DNA from: Acholeplasma laidlawii PG-8A
Lineage (GTDB): Bacteria; Bacillota_I; Bacilli_A; Acholeplasmatales; Acholeplasmataceae
Assembly: GCF_000018785.1 (NCBI RefSeq)
Contig: NC_010163.1
Span: 420,001 to 452,000 of the forward strand
Direction of reading: 5' to 3'
DNA length: 32,000 nucleotides
The notes beneath the pieces are model-generated. The model did not search any database, had not been told where the DNA came from, and saw only the letters and a program-made list of their open reading frames with translations. A program made the translations under genes and the position numbers. Each line of letters opens with the position of its first letter. Within the stretch, counting starts at the first letter, position 1. Below are positions 17,810 to 26,056 of this stretch, piece after piece.

Positions 17810-19662
17810 TGACAAAACAAGAAACTAAAATATTTAAAAAATCAACTACCTTTGTAAGATTGATGAAACTTGTCTATGTAAGAAATAAATTACCTTTAAT
17901 TTTAGTACTAATCTTCATGGTGGTTTCAACAATCGCCAACGTTAGTGGATTAAATACCCTACAAAACGTGATGGATGAAGCACTTCGCATGTATGAAGTA
18001 GGTAGTACAGATTTTAGTGGTGTCATTAAGTTATTAGGTATGATGGTTTTATTCTATGTAATTAATATTTCATTTACCTTTGCACACTTAAGATTGATGG
18101 TACATGTAAGTCAAAACAGCTTAGTGCATTTAAGAACGAGTTTATTTGATCACATGATGGATTTACCACTTAAGTATTTTGACTCAAATAAACACGGTGA
18201 TATCATGAGTAGATTCACTAATGACGTGGATGCAACACGTCAAATGGTATCTCAAAGTTTACCTCAGTTAACCGTATCCTTAATGTTGATGGTTGGTTAC
18301 TTTATAGCGATGGTTGCTATTTCTTGGGTACTTGGATTATTTACTTTAGTGTTTGCTGTAATTTTAATTGGTATAACTAGAATCATTAGTAAAAGAACTA
18401 GAAAGTATTTTAATGCACAACAAAAAAATACTGGCTTATTAAACGGTTATATTGAAGAAATGATCGAAGGACAAAAAGTTGTTAAAGTATTTAGACATGA
18501 ACAAGAAGCAATTGAAGGTTTTGGTCTCTTGAATGAAAAAGTAAAAGACTCAGCTAGAATTTCAATGACACGAAGTGGTATGCTCATACCAATATCCATT
18601 AATCTTGGTTTCTTAGGGTTTGCATTAACTGCAATCTTTGGAGGTATGCTTGTACTAAGCGGTTATTTATCTGTTTCTGGATTAGTCTTATATTTAATAT
18701 TTACAAGACAATTTATGGGACCAGTCAACCAAATGAGTCAGCAATTAAACTTTGTTCAAATGGCACTTGCAGGTGCAAGCCGTGTATTTGAAGTGATGGA
18801 TCTAGAAAAAGAAGTAGATGAAGGTCATGTAACTTTAACTTATGCTAAATATGAAAATAAAGAACTAATAGAATCTGATGAACCAACTGATATTTGGGCA
18901 TGGAATAATAAGGGCACACTGATTAGATTAAAAGGTGATGTGAGGTTAGATCATGTAGACTTTGGATATAGTAGCGATAAATTAGTATTAAAAGATATAT
19001 CTGTATTTGCTAAACCTGGACAAAAGATTGCATTTGTTGGTTCCACTGGTGCTGGTAAAACAACCATTACGAATCTAATTAACCGTTTTTATGAAATTAA
19101 TAATGGAATAATTACATTTGATGGTATTGATATTAAAGATATTAAAAAGTCAGCACTTAGAAAGTCTTTAGGTATTGTTTTACAAGATACGCACCTTTTC
19201 CAAACAACAGTAAGAGAAAACATTAGATATGGTAAGTTAGATGCAACGGATGAAGATGTTATTGTTGCAGCTAAACTTGCTAATGCGCATGAATTTATCT
19301 TAAAACTTCCTAATGGCTATGATACTATTATCACAGATGATGGTGCAAACTTAAGCCAAGGACAACGTCAGTTATTGTCGATTGCACGTGCTGCAATCTC
19401 AAATCCACCGGTATTAATCTTAGATGAAGCAACTTCATCCATTGATACCTATACAGAAAAATTAATCCAAGATGGTATGGATAGATTAATGACAGGTAGA
19501 ACAGTATTTGTCATTGCGCATAGACTATCTACCATTAAAAACTCAAAAGCTATCATCTTACTTGAAGATGGTAACATCATAGAACGTGGTAGTCATAATG
19601 AACTCATTGATTTAAAAGGAACTTATTATGAACTATTTACAGGTAGTTTTGAATTAGAGTAA
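17809..19662 (+). CDS. ABC exporter, fused permease/ATPase subunit 2
   Basis: Walker A GSTGAGKTT, signature LSQGQRQL and Walker B VLILDEATS. The start overlaps the upstream stop (TAATG), suggesting a heterodimeric pair. Confidence 0.9.
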   Translation: MTKQETKIFKKSTTFVRLMKLVYVRNKLPLILVLIFMVVSTIANVSGLNTLQNVMDEALRMYEVGSTDFSGVIKLLGMMVLFYVINISFTFAHLRLMVHVSQNSLVHLRTSLFDHMMDLPLKYFDSNKHGDIMSRFTNDVDATRQMVSQSLPQLTVSLMLMVGYFIAMVAISWVLGLFTLVFAVILIGITRIISKRTRKYFNAQQKNTGLLNGYIEEMIEGQKVVKVFRHEQEAIEGFGLLNEKVKDSARISMTRSGMLIPISINLGFLGFALTAIFGGMLVLSGYLSVSGLVLYLIFTRQFMGPVNQMSQQLNFVQMALAGASRVFEVMDLEKEVDEGHVTLTYAKYENKELIESDEPTDIWAWNNKGTLIRLKGDVRLDHVDFGYSSDKLVLKDISVFAKPGQKIAFVGSTGAGKTTITNLINRFYEINNGIITFDGIDIKDIKKSALRKSLGIVLQDTHLFQTTVRENIRYGKLDATDEDVIVAAKLANAHEFILKLPNGYDTIITDDGANLSQGQRQLLSIARAAISNPPVLILDEATSSIDTYTEKLIQDGMDRLMTGRTVFVIAHRLSTIKNSKAIILLEDGNIIERGSHNELIDLKGTYYELFTGSFELE

Positions 19663-19667
19663 AAAAT

Positions 19668-19691
19668 AAGGAGAATATAATTATTCTCCTT
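19668..19691. terminator. Bidirectional terminator between convergent genes
   Basis: Perfect 10-bp stem AAGGAGAATA / TATTCTCCTT with loop TAAT, an A-run on the left and a T-run on the right. Confidence 0.75.
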
Positions 19692-20388
19692 TATTTTTAC
19701 CTTTAAATCGCGCCAATATCTCATCCCAGTGACGTAAAATCTTTTGTCCAATATAAAATATAATGACATAGATTGCTATCCAAATAACCCAACCCCAAAC
19801 CGTATCTAGTCGAATGAGGCTTGCACCGTATGCAGTTAAATATATAGGAATTGTTCTAGTAATAAGTAAAGTGATTGAAAAGAATCTAAATCGCATGGGT
19901 GTAATACCAGCGACCATACAAATAATGTCATCAGGAAACCCTGGAAGCAACATCGTTAAGAAAAAAACTACCTTTTCGCGACCTTTCATCATATCTAGGT
20001 ACTTATCTAACTCTTTATCACCTAATATCCAGCGAAGTAGTTTCGTACCAAATATACGGCCTACATAAAAACTAATCACACTACCAATTAATACACCAAT
20101 GATTGCAAGTGTTGCTCCTTCAAATGGACCATAAACGTAAGTACCTGCAAATATTGTAGGAATATTGGTTACGGGTATAATGGTTGTTTGAAGTAAGTTG
20201 ATGAGTATATAGATGAATTTACCTAAATTACCATAACTTTCTATCTTTTCTTTAATAAAATCAGCATCTGTAAAATACTTATTGAGTCCAAGTAAAAAAT
20301 AAAGTAGTATAAATACACCAACAATGGCTACAAGTATTATAGAAGTTATAAGTATTTTTTTCTTTGTATCTTTGTTCATCATAATCAC
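19681..20388 (-). CDS. TVP38/TMEM64 (DedA/SNARE-associated) family membrane protein
   Basis: 235-aa polytopic protein with the family-typical region LLPGFPDDIICMVAGITPMRFRFF. Confidence 0.75.
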   Translation of the reverse strand: MIMMNKDTKKKILITSIILVAIVGVFILLYFLLGLNKYFTDADFIKEKIESYGNLGKFIYILINLLQTTIIPVTNIPTIFAGTYVYGPFEGATLAIIGVLIGSVISFYVGRIFGTKLLRWILGDKELDKYLDMMKGREKVVFFLTMLLPGFPDDIICMVAGITPMRFRFFSITLLITRTIPIYLTAYGASLIRLDTVWGWVIWIAIYVIIFYIGQKILRHWDEILARFKGKNKGE

Positions 20389-20443
20389 CTAACTTATTAT
20401 ATCAAAATTTGAGTCTGATGGGTTTGTGCCACAATTAAAGAAT

Positions 20444-20490
20444 AAAAAAACTCTAACTAGACCCAAAAATTAGGTCTAGATAGAGTTTTT
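20444..20490 (-). terminator. Intrinsic terminator of fabV
   Basis: AAACTCTAACTAGACC ... GGTCTAGATAGAGTTT stem with one mismatch, flanked by an A-run and a T-run. Confidence 0.7.
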
Positions 20491-20502
20491 AAACTATATA
20501 AA

Positions 20503-21723
20503 TTAATCTGCTAGTAAATCAAGATACTTATCAGTTTTGTAGGTTGTTTGAAGTGCGTCTAAATCAATTTCTTGATCTGTATTTACACCTGGTACATTAA
20601 ATCCGTTGATTTGGTAAAACTCATCTAAGAATAATTTAGTACCTTCTAAATCTAAGAATGATTGATCAATGTCTTTATGCATCAGTTCATTAATACGTTC
20701 TTGAAGTTTAGAATCCATTTCTAGATGGTCTAAACGGATTCGTCCGTTTTCATCTAGAATTCTGTTGTTGCCATAAATCATATCTTTAAATAATCTATGT
20801 TTATGTTCTAGTGTAGTTTCGTGTGTACCATTTTTAGTCATTTCATCAAATAGATAGGATACGTAAATTGGCATTTGAGGAATAAATACACTTGCTTTAG
20901 ATACAATAGCTTTACTTGAAGAAATTAGTGCTTCACCATTATATTTAGCTTTTAATGAAGTGTTTAATCTGTCGGCAGTAGCTTCTAAATCTAGTTTAGC
21001 TTGACCAATTGTACCAGAGCGGTAAATTGCATCCGTATTTTTTCCACCAATATATGTGTAAGAAATAGTTTTAAAATCCTTTGCTAAAACACCAGCGTTA
21101 TCTAAGTATGTTACCCAGTCACTCCAGTCTCCCCCACCCATAACAAACACAGTATCTTTTGTTTCTTGTTCTGTAGCTGGTTCAACAGTTAATGGTTCTA
21201 CATGCATCGATTTAATATCAATGGTGCGTCCTACAGCTGGCTTACCTAAAGGTTTAATAGATGAACGAATTAGTTCGCCTGTTTCAACATTTTTACGTGC
21301 ACCAGATGCTAGAGAATAAATGAGTAAATCAATTTGGCCAAATTCTTTTTGGATTTTTTCTAGAATAGCCTTTTTGGTTTCAGGGATAAATGCATCTGCA
21401 TTAAAATCAAAATGTTTTTGATTTAGATCTTTTACTGCATCCTGGAAAAATAAGTTATTCCAGTAACCAGCAGAACCTGTTTTACTACCACGTGGTATAC
21501 TTTCAAATGAAACGTTAATAGTATTTGCATCTGAAGCAAATGCTAAACTAATACGAGATGCTAGTCCGTAACCTGATGATCCTCCAATAATTAATACATT
21601 TTTAGGACCTTTATATTTAGGTAATTTTTTAACATCTTCAATATAGTTATTGACCATTTTTTGAACACCTAATGGATTTGAGTTTGTAAAGAAGTTACTA
21701 CGTATAGACGGTTTAATAATCAT
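20503..21723 (-). CDS. fabV: trans-2-enoyl-ACP/CoA reductase, FabV type
   Basis: MIIKPSIRSNF... N-terminus, NAD-binding VLIIGGSSGYGLASR, and about 400 aa of colinear FabV/TER-like sequence. Confidence 0.9.
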   Translation of the reverse strand: MIIKPSIRSNFFTNSNPLGVQKMVNNYIEDVKKLPKYKGPKNVLIIGGSSGYGLASRISLAFASDANTINVSFESIPRGSKTGSAGYWNNLFFQDAVKDLNQKHFDFNADAFIPETKKAILEKIQKEFGQIDLLIYSLASGARKNVETGELIRSSIKPLGKPAVGRTIDIKSMHVEPLTVEPATEQETKDTVFVMGGGDWSDWVTYLDNAGVLAKDFKTISYTYIGGKNTDAIYRSGTIGQAKLDLEATADRLNTSLKAKYNGEALISSSKAIVSKASVFIPQMPIYVSYLFDEMTKNGTHETTLEHKHRLFKDMIYGNNRILDENGRIRLDHLEMDSKLQERINELMHKDIDQSFLDLEGTKLFLDEFYQINGFNVPGVNTDQEIDLDALQTTYKTDKYLDLLAD

Positions 21724-21749
21724 GATTGTCTCCTTAATTTTGGTAAAAT

Positions 21750-21766
21750 GTTTTGAATATCAAAAC
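21750..21766. promoter_or_regulatory. 17-bp palindrome, FabT-like operator candidate
   Basis: GTTTTGA-ATA-TCAAAAC has perfect 7-bp arms. It lies between a TATAAT (rc of 21776-21781) and the fabV RBS. Confidence 0.5.
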
Positions 21767-21856
21767 TATTTATATATTATACATGAAATTTATCTTTAGT
21801 GGTAGAAAGTAGTTGTTTATTCGTTATTGGTATTTTTAATAGGGTGTTAGAAATGT

Positions 21857-21883
21857 ATAAAAAAAGAACCCAAGTACTGGGTT
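21857..21883 (-). terminator. Intrinsic terminator of hsp20
   Basis: On the minus strand: AACCCA-GTACT-TGGGTT followed by CTTTTTTT. An alternative 11-bp long-range stem is possible (AAGAACCCAAG 21864-21874 with CTTGGGTTCTT 21901-21911). Confidence 0.75.
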
Positions 21884-21918
21884 TTGGTAAACTGGAATTG
21901 CTTGGGTTCTTATCATGG

Positions 21919-22332
21919 TTATTTAAGTTCTAAATAACGTTTTTCAGGCTCTTTTTTGGTTTCTTTTGGAAGTTCGATATGTAACATACCGTTTTCAAAA
22001 GTACCATTGATTTCATCAAGATGTAGGTTACCTACATAATAACTACGTTTCATAGTACCTTCATATCTTTCTTTTCTGATGTATTTAGTAGCTTGATCTT
22101 TGGTTTCTGAATTCTTAGAAGTATGAGCTTCTATAGTTAAGTAACCATCCTCTAAGCTTACCTTTACATCCTCTTTTTTAAATCCAGGAAGTTCTACGGA
22201 TAATGAGTAACCATTTTGTGTTTCTTTAATATCTGTTCTCATTAAGTTAGAAGTAGTCACCGGATTAAGCACATTGAAGTCTTCGAAGAAATCATCAAAG
22301 AAACTTCTATTCTTGTTCAATAAACTCAACAT
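21919..22332 (-). CDS. ibpA: Small heat-shock protein, Hsp20/alpha-crystallin family
   Basis: Alpha-crystallin domain DIKETQNGYSLSVELPGFKKEDVKVSLEDGYLTIEA...GMLHIELPK. The start is placed at ATG (rc of 22330-22332) after an AAAGGGAG RBS. The track extension to 22422 would run through the promoter and CIRCE. Confidence 0.9.
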   Translation of the reverse strand: MLSLLNKNRSFFDDFFEDFNVLNPVTTSNLMRTDIKETQNGYSLSVELPGFKKEDVKVSLEDGYLTIEAHTSKNSETKDQATKYIRKERYEGTMKRSYYVGNLHLDEINGTFENGMLHIELPKETKKEPEKRYLELK

Positions 22333-22393
22333 AGTTTTTACACTCCCTTTATTTTTATTTTTGAACTTGATGTATCTTTCCAAGTCCACATAT

Positions 22394-22422
22394 AGTATAT
22401 CAAATATTATTGGCACTGTCAA
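22394..22422 (-). promoter_or_regulatory. hsp20 promoter
   Basis: On the minus strand: TTGACA (rc of 22417-22422), 17-nt spacer, TATACT (rc of 22394-22399). Confidence 0.65.
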
Positions 22423-22436
22423 GTATAGAGTGCTAA
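22410..22436 (-). promoter_or_regulatory. CIRCE-like inverted repeat (HrcA operator)
   Basis: The minus strand reads TTAGCACTC-TATACTTGA-CAGTGCCAA, against the CIRCE consensus TTAGCACTC-N9-GAGTGCTAA. The left arm is perfect and the right arm has 2 mismatches. It overlaps the -35 element. Confidence 0.75.
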
Positions 22437-22461
22437 TTTTGTGATATTTTATCGATTGTAT

Positions 22462-22495
22462 ATAAAGAAAAGCTCAATCCTATTTAGATTGAGCC
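22462..22495 (-). terminator. Intrinsic terminator of the FAD-oxidase gene
   Basis: On the minus strand: GCTCAATC-TAAATAG-GATTGAGC followed by TTTTCTTTAT. Confidence 0.75.
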
Positions 22496-22513
22496 TCAAT
22501 GATTATTAATGTA

Positions 22514-23857
22514 TTAAAATACTTTTCCAGGATTTAATAAGTTTTTAGGATCAAGTGCTTTTTTAATTAATTTCATCACATGGATGTTCTCTTGGTTTGT
22601 CATTTTTAGGAAATGTTCTCTCTTGAAGTAACCAACACCGTGCTCTGCAGAAATTAAACCACCTAAACGATACACTTCTTTATAGAGATCATCTAAGAAT
22701 GCATGACGTTTAGCTTGCCAAACGTCATCTGAAAGTGCATCTTTCATCATGATTGTATGGATATTACCATCACCAGAGTGACCGAAGTTTAACACTCTAA
22801 TACCATGTTTTGTTTCTAACTCTTTAGTATAACGAATCATGTCAGCAAATTTATTAATAGGTACAACTTCGTCTAACATTTCAAAGTATGTAGCGTTCAT
22901 AATACCGTAAAGAATAGAATCTCTCATTTGCCATGCTTCGGTAGCTTCTTTTTCATTTAAGAAAATTTGTTCTATAGCCTTTTTATCACCAATTTGGTGA
23001 ATTAGGTCTAATGAATTATTGATGTTTGTTAATTCATTTCCATCAACAGTTAATAAGATGTACGCTTCACCTGTTTGTGAGATGAATTTTTTATTTAAGA
23101 AGGATTCACTAAATTTGATGGATTCGCGGTCAAATAACTCAAGTGCAGCTGGTAAGATACCAGTTTTTAAAATCTCAATTACTGTATCTGTTGCTGTAAA
23201 TGGATCATTAAATGCTAATACCATTGATTTATTGAATTTAGGTTTTGGTACAAGTTTTAATGAAACTTGAGTTGTAATCCCTAAAGTACCTTCAGAACCG
23301 ATAAATAAATCTAGTAAATCATAACCTGAAGCATCTTTAATTGTTTTACCACCAAGTGCTAATTTAGTGCCATCTGCTAAGACAACATGCATGCCACGAA
23401 CGTTTTCTCTTGTAGCGCCATATTTAATTGCACGCATACCACCAGCATTGGTAGATACGTTACCACCAATAGAAGACATTTTAGAGGCAGGGTCTGGTGC
23501 ATACATTAAACCATGCTCATCAGCTATCTTTTGAACATTTTCTAGTGTGATACCAGGTTCTACAGTTAAGGTCATCGTTTCTAAATCAACTTCAACGACT
23601 TTATTCATTAAACTAACGTCGATGATTAATTCGCCACCAACTACCGGTATTTGAGAACCAGCAGCACCTGTATTTGCACCACGTGCAATAATTGGCATAT
23701 TTTGAGCATTTGCAAATTGAACTGCTTTAATAACTTCATCTTCGTTTATAGGTTTTACAACACCATAAACTTTGTTCGCACCAAAAGGGTTTTGGTATAC
23801 ATCAGGTACATCAGTACCGATAAACACTCTACTTGAATCTTGGATTATGTTTTTCAT
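22514..23857 (-). CDS. FAD-linked oxidase (GlcD / D-lactate dehydrogenase-like)
   Basis: 447 aa. N-terminal FAD_binding_4-like region (PIIARGANTGAAGSQIP...GGNVSTNAGG) and a C-terminal FAD-oxidase_C-like HGDGNIH motif. Confidence 0.85.
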   Translation of the reverse strand: MKNIIQDSSRVFIGTDVPDVYQNPFGANKVYGVVKPINEDEVIKAVQFANAQNMPIIARGANTGAAGSQIPVVGGELIIDVSLMNKVVEVDLETMTLTVEPGITLENVQKIADEHGLMYAPDPASKMSSIGGNVSTNAGGMRAIKYGATRENVRGMHVVLADGTKLALGGKTIKDASGYDLLDLFIGSEGTLGITTQVSLKLVPKPKFNKSMVLAFNDPFTATDTVIEILKTGILPAALELFDRESIKFSESFLNKKFISQTGEAYILLTVDGNELTNINNSLDLIHQIGDKKAIEQIFLNEKEATEAWQMRDSILYGIMNATYFEMLDEVVPINKFADMIRYTKELETKHGIRVLNFGHSGDGNIHTIMMKDALSDDVWQAKRHAFLDDLYKEVYRLGGLISAEHGVGYFKREHFLKMTNQENIHVMKLIKKALDPKNLLNPGKVF

Positions 23858-23992
23858 GTGAACTCCTTATATATTTTATATATAATTAATTATAATGAAT
23901 ACGCTTACTTTATTCAATTTTGAGGACTTGGATACGTAAAATATTCAAGTTATGAAAAATACTTTTAACTTATCGTAAATAAACCATAGTTA

Positions 23993-24021
23993 ACATAAAA
24001 AAAACAAACTTGTTAGTTTGC
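23993..24021 (-). terminator. Putative terminator overlapping the phnA stop
   Basis: CAAACT/AGTTTG 6-bp stem followed by a long T-run on the minus strand. The stem is AT-rich and weak. Confidence 0.4.
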
Positions 24022-24348
24022 TTTTTTAACAAAGTCTGATTTTAATTTCATTTGACCAAAATCTTTAATTTTACAGTCGATATCATGGCCATCTTTTGCA
24101 TCTTCAATTAACCTAATACCTGTAACTTTTGTACCTTGCTTAATCACACTCGAAGAACCTTTTACTTTAAGATCTTTAATGACGATAACATCATCACCAT
24201 CTACTAATATATTATTATTGGCATCTTTGACAGTGAACTTATTTTCACTTTCAAGTTGAGCAGGATCCCAACTATACTGACAAGCAGAACAAACCATCAT
24301 GCCGTTATCTTCATATGTATATTCAAATCCACAACTTGGACAACTCAT
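24013..24348 (-). CDS. phnA: PhnA/YjdM zinc-ribbon protein
   Basis: [27 protein letters not shown] (two CxxC pairs) plus the conserved C-terminal domain [21 protein letters not shown]...DGHDIDCKI. The start is placed at residue M85 of the track ORF, after an AGGTG RBS. Confidence 0.88.
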   Translation of the reverse strand: MSCPSCGFEYTYEDNGMMVCSACQYSWDPAQLESENKFTVKDANNNILVDGDDVIVIKDLKVKGSSSVIKQGTKVTGIRLIEDAKDGHDIDCKIKDFGQMKLKSDFVKKAN

Positions 24349-24520
24349 ATAAACTACACCTACCTTATAATCATTATGTTCATTCATTATACCATAATCA
24401 ATTTCGGACCCCAAATGTGGGTAAATTTGAGGATTACGCATTAAAAATATTTTATTTTTATTTTTTACCAATAAAACACACCATGTCTTTCGTATATATG
24501 GTGAAAGGTAGGAATTACAC

Positions 24521-25486
24521 ATGAAAAAAACATTTAGTATTGCATTATTAATGATTACAGCCTTAACATTAGTAGGTTGTAAATCTGAAAACTCAAACAT
24601 ACTTGAGTTTAAAAATAAAGAAAGCGTGATGGCATTTCAACTAAGTTCATCTGTTGATGTCATAGAACAAGAAACACCAGAAACAACTACAACAAATGAA
24701 GAAACTGTTGAAGTTGTAACAGAAGAACAAGTAGAAGCTGTAGAAGAGATTAGCCCATATGTGGTCATGTTTGAAAATATGTTAGCTTCAAAAAACGGGT
24801 TTAGCCATGAAACTAAACCATCAGATTTAGAAGGTTATACACATATGCAAGTCGTAACTATTCCAGACTTCGAAGGTCAATCTAATACTTATGTTATGTA
24901 TTATAATATAACTAGCAATTTAGAAGATGACAATGACGATATGGATGATGATCATGATGAAGACGATGATGACGATGATGACGATGATGATGACAAACAT
25001 GTAAGTATTAACGACATGGAAGAGGAATTTACATTTGAAGGTATCATCCAATACAAAGATCTAACCTATACTGTCTATGGTAAACAAGAACTAGAATCCG
25101 ATGAAATGGAATTAGAATTTACAACAAAAATAGATGAAAATAACTATGTTGTTGTAAAATATGAAGTTGAATCTGCAGAAATTGAATTCCAATATGAAGT
25201 GTACCGTGAAGGTAGTAAAATTTCTGAATTTAAAGTAGAATTTGAAACTGAAGATGATGAAACAAAAATAGAATTAGAATATGCATCTGATAATCAATTT
25301 GGTAAATATGAATTTGAATTAGAAGAAAAAGACGGTAAAACAGTCTTAAAAGTAGAATTTGAAACAGAACTTGATGGCGTTTTTACAAAAGGTAAAGCAT
25401 ATTACAATGTAACTTATGATGAAAATAATCAAGCACATTATGAAATCATATTTACAAAACAAAGTGATCAAAGTCTAGAAGACTAA
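24521..25486 (+). CDS. Very acidic surface lipoprotein with a poly-Asp tract; paralog of the ectodomain of ORF 26037-27173
   Basis: Signal peptide plus lipobox [20 protein letters not shown]. Acidic tract [26 protein letters not shown]. The C-terminal half consists of E/D-rich alternating beta-strand-like repeats ([17 protein letters not shown]...). Confidence 0.8.
   Translation: MKKTFSIALLMITALTLVGCKSENSNILEFKNKESVMAFQLSSSVDVIEQETPETTTTNEETVEVVTEEQVEAVEEISPYVVMFENMLASKNGFSHETKPSDLEGYTHMQVVTIPDFEGQSNTYVMYYNITSNLEDDNDDMDDDHDEDDDDDDDDDDDKHVSINDMEEEFTFEGIIQYKDLTYTVYGKQELESDEMELEFTTKIDENNYVVVKYEVESAEIEFQYEVYREGSKISEFKVEFETEDDETKIELEYASDNQFGKYEFELEEKDGKTVLKVEFETELDGVFTKGKAYYNVTYDENNQAHYEIIFTKQSDQSLED
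24923..24994 (+). repeat. GAT/GAC trinucleotide tract (includes about 3 copies of GACGATGAT) encoding poly-Asp
   Basis: 24 consecutive codons, of which 20 are Asp or Glu. 24962-24994 is a near-perfect 9-nt tandem repeat. Confidence 0.9.
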
Positions 25487-25531
25487 GTATAAACATGGTA
25501 TCATCGTATATAGATAAAGAAGGGCATTTTT

Positions 25532-26056
25532 ATGAAACTTGATCAAGACGCAATCGATAAACTAAAAAATGGCGATGATACAACATTTGAAAAACTATAC
25601 CATGACACCAAACGCGGTGTCTATGGTATCGTCTTTTCTATTTTAAGAGATCACGATAAAACCGCTGATGTACTTCAAGATGTCTATATGAAGGTGTTAA
25701 TCAAAATTAACCAGTATAAAGTAGGCACAAACTTTAATAGTTGGATTATGCAAATAGCGAAAAATTATGCAATTGATATTTATAGGCAAGAAAAGAAACA
25801 TACCCATATAGAAGATGAAGTTCTAGAACAGGTAGTATCAGAAGATAGGGATTTACCTGATGAAAAATCAAAAATACTTATGATGCTTGATAACTTAACT
25901 GAAGATGAGCGGATAGTGATTATATTAAAGGTGTTAGATGATTTAACACATAAAGAAATTTCTAAAATTATCGATAAACCAATTGGCACAGTACTCTGGC
26001 TATACCAAAAAGGTTTAGATAAATTAAAAGATTATTATGGTGAATATGATGCGTAA
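25532..26056 (+). CDS. ECF-type (group 4) sigma-70 family RNA polymerase sigma factor
   Basis: 174 aa. Region 2 (DVLQDVYMKVLIKINQY...FNSWIMQIAKNYAIDIYRQ) and region 4 HTH (LTEDERIVIILKVLDDLTHKEISKIIDKPIGTVLWLYQKGLDKLK). Confidence 0.88.
   Translation: MKLDQDAIDKLKNGDDTTFEKLYHDTKRGVYGIVFSILRDHDKTADVLQDVYMKVLIKINQYKVGTNFNSWIMQIAKNYAIDIYRQEKKHTHIEDEVLEQVVSEDRDLPDEKSKILMMLDNLTEDERIVIILKVLDDLTHKEISKIIDKPIGTVLWLYQKGLDKLKDYYGEYDA

Noticed and set aside
22333-22422. 5' extension of the hsp20 ORF
   Set aside because: It would start inside the -35/CIRCE region. The RBS (AAAGGGAG) and family alignment support the start at 22332.
24491-24498. CGTATATA shared upstream of the lipoprotein gene (24491-24498) and the sigma gene (25505-25512). 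It resembles a SigW-type CGTA -10 and could mark an ECF autoregulated promoter.
   Set aside because: The candidate AAC -35 elements lie only 13 and 10 nt upstream, rather than the ~16-17 nt expected for ECF promoters. The motif is AT-rich and may be a chance TATA-like string. It is worth testing only by TSS mapping.
24349-24600. 5' extension of the phnA ORF (84 extra residues)
   Set aside because: PhnA/YjdM proteins start at the first CxxC. An AGGTG RBS precedes ATG 24348. The extension would also overlap the divergent lipoprotein gene start.
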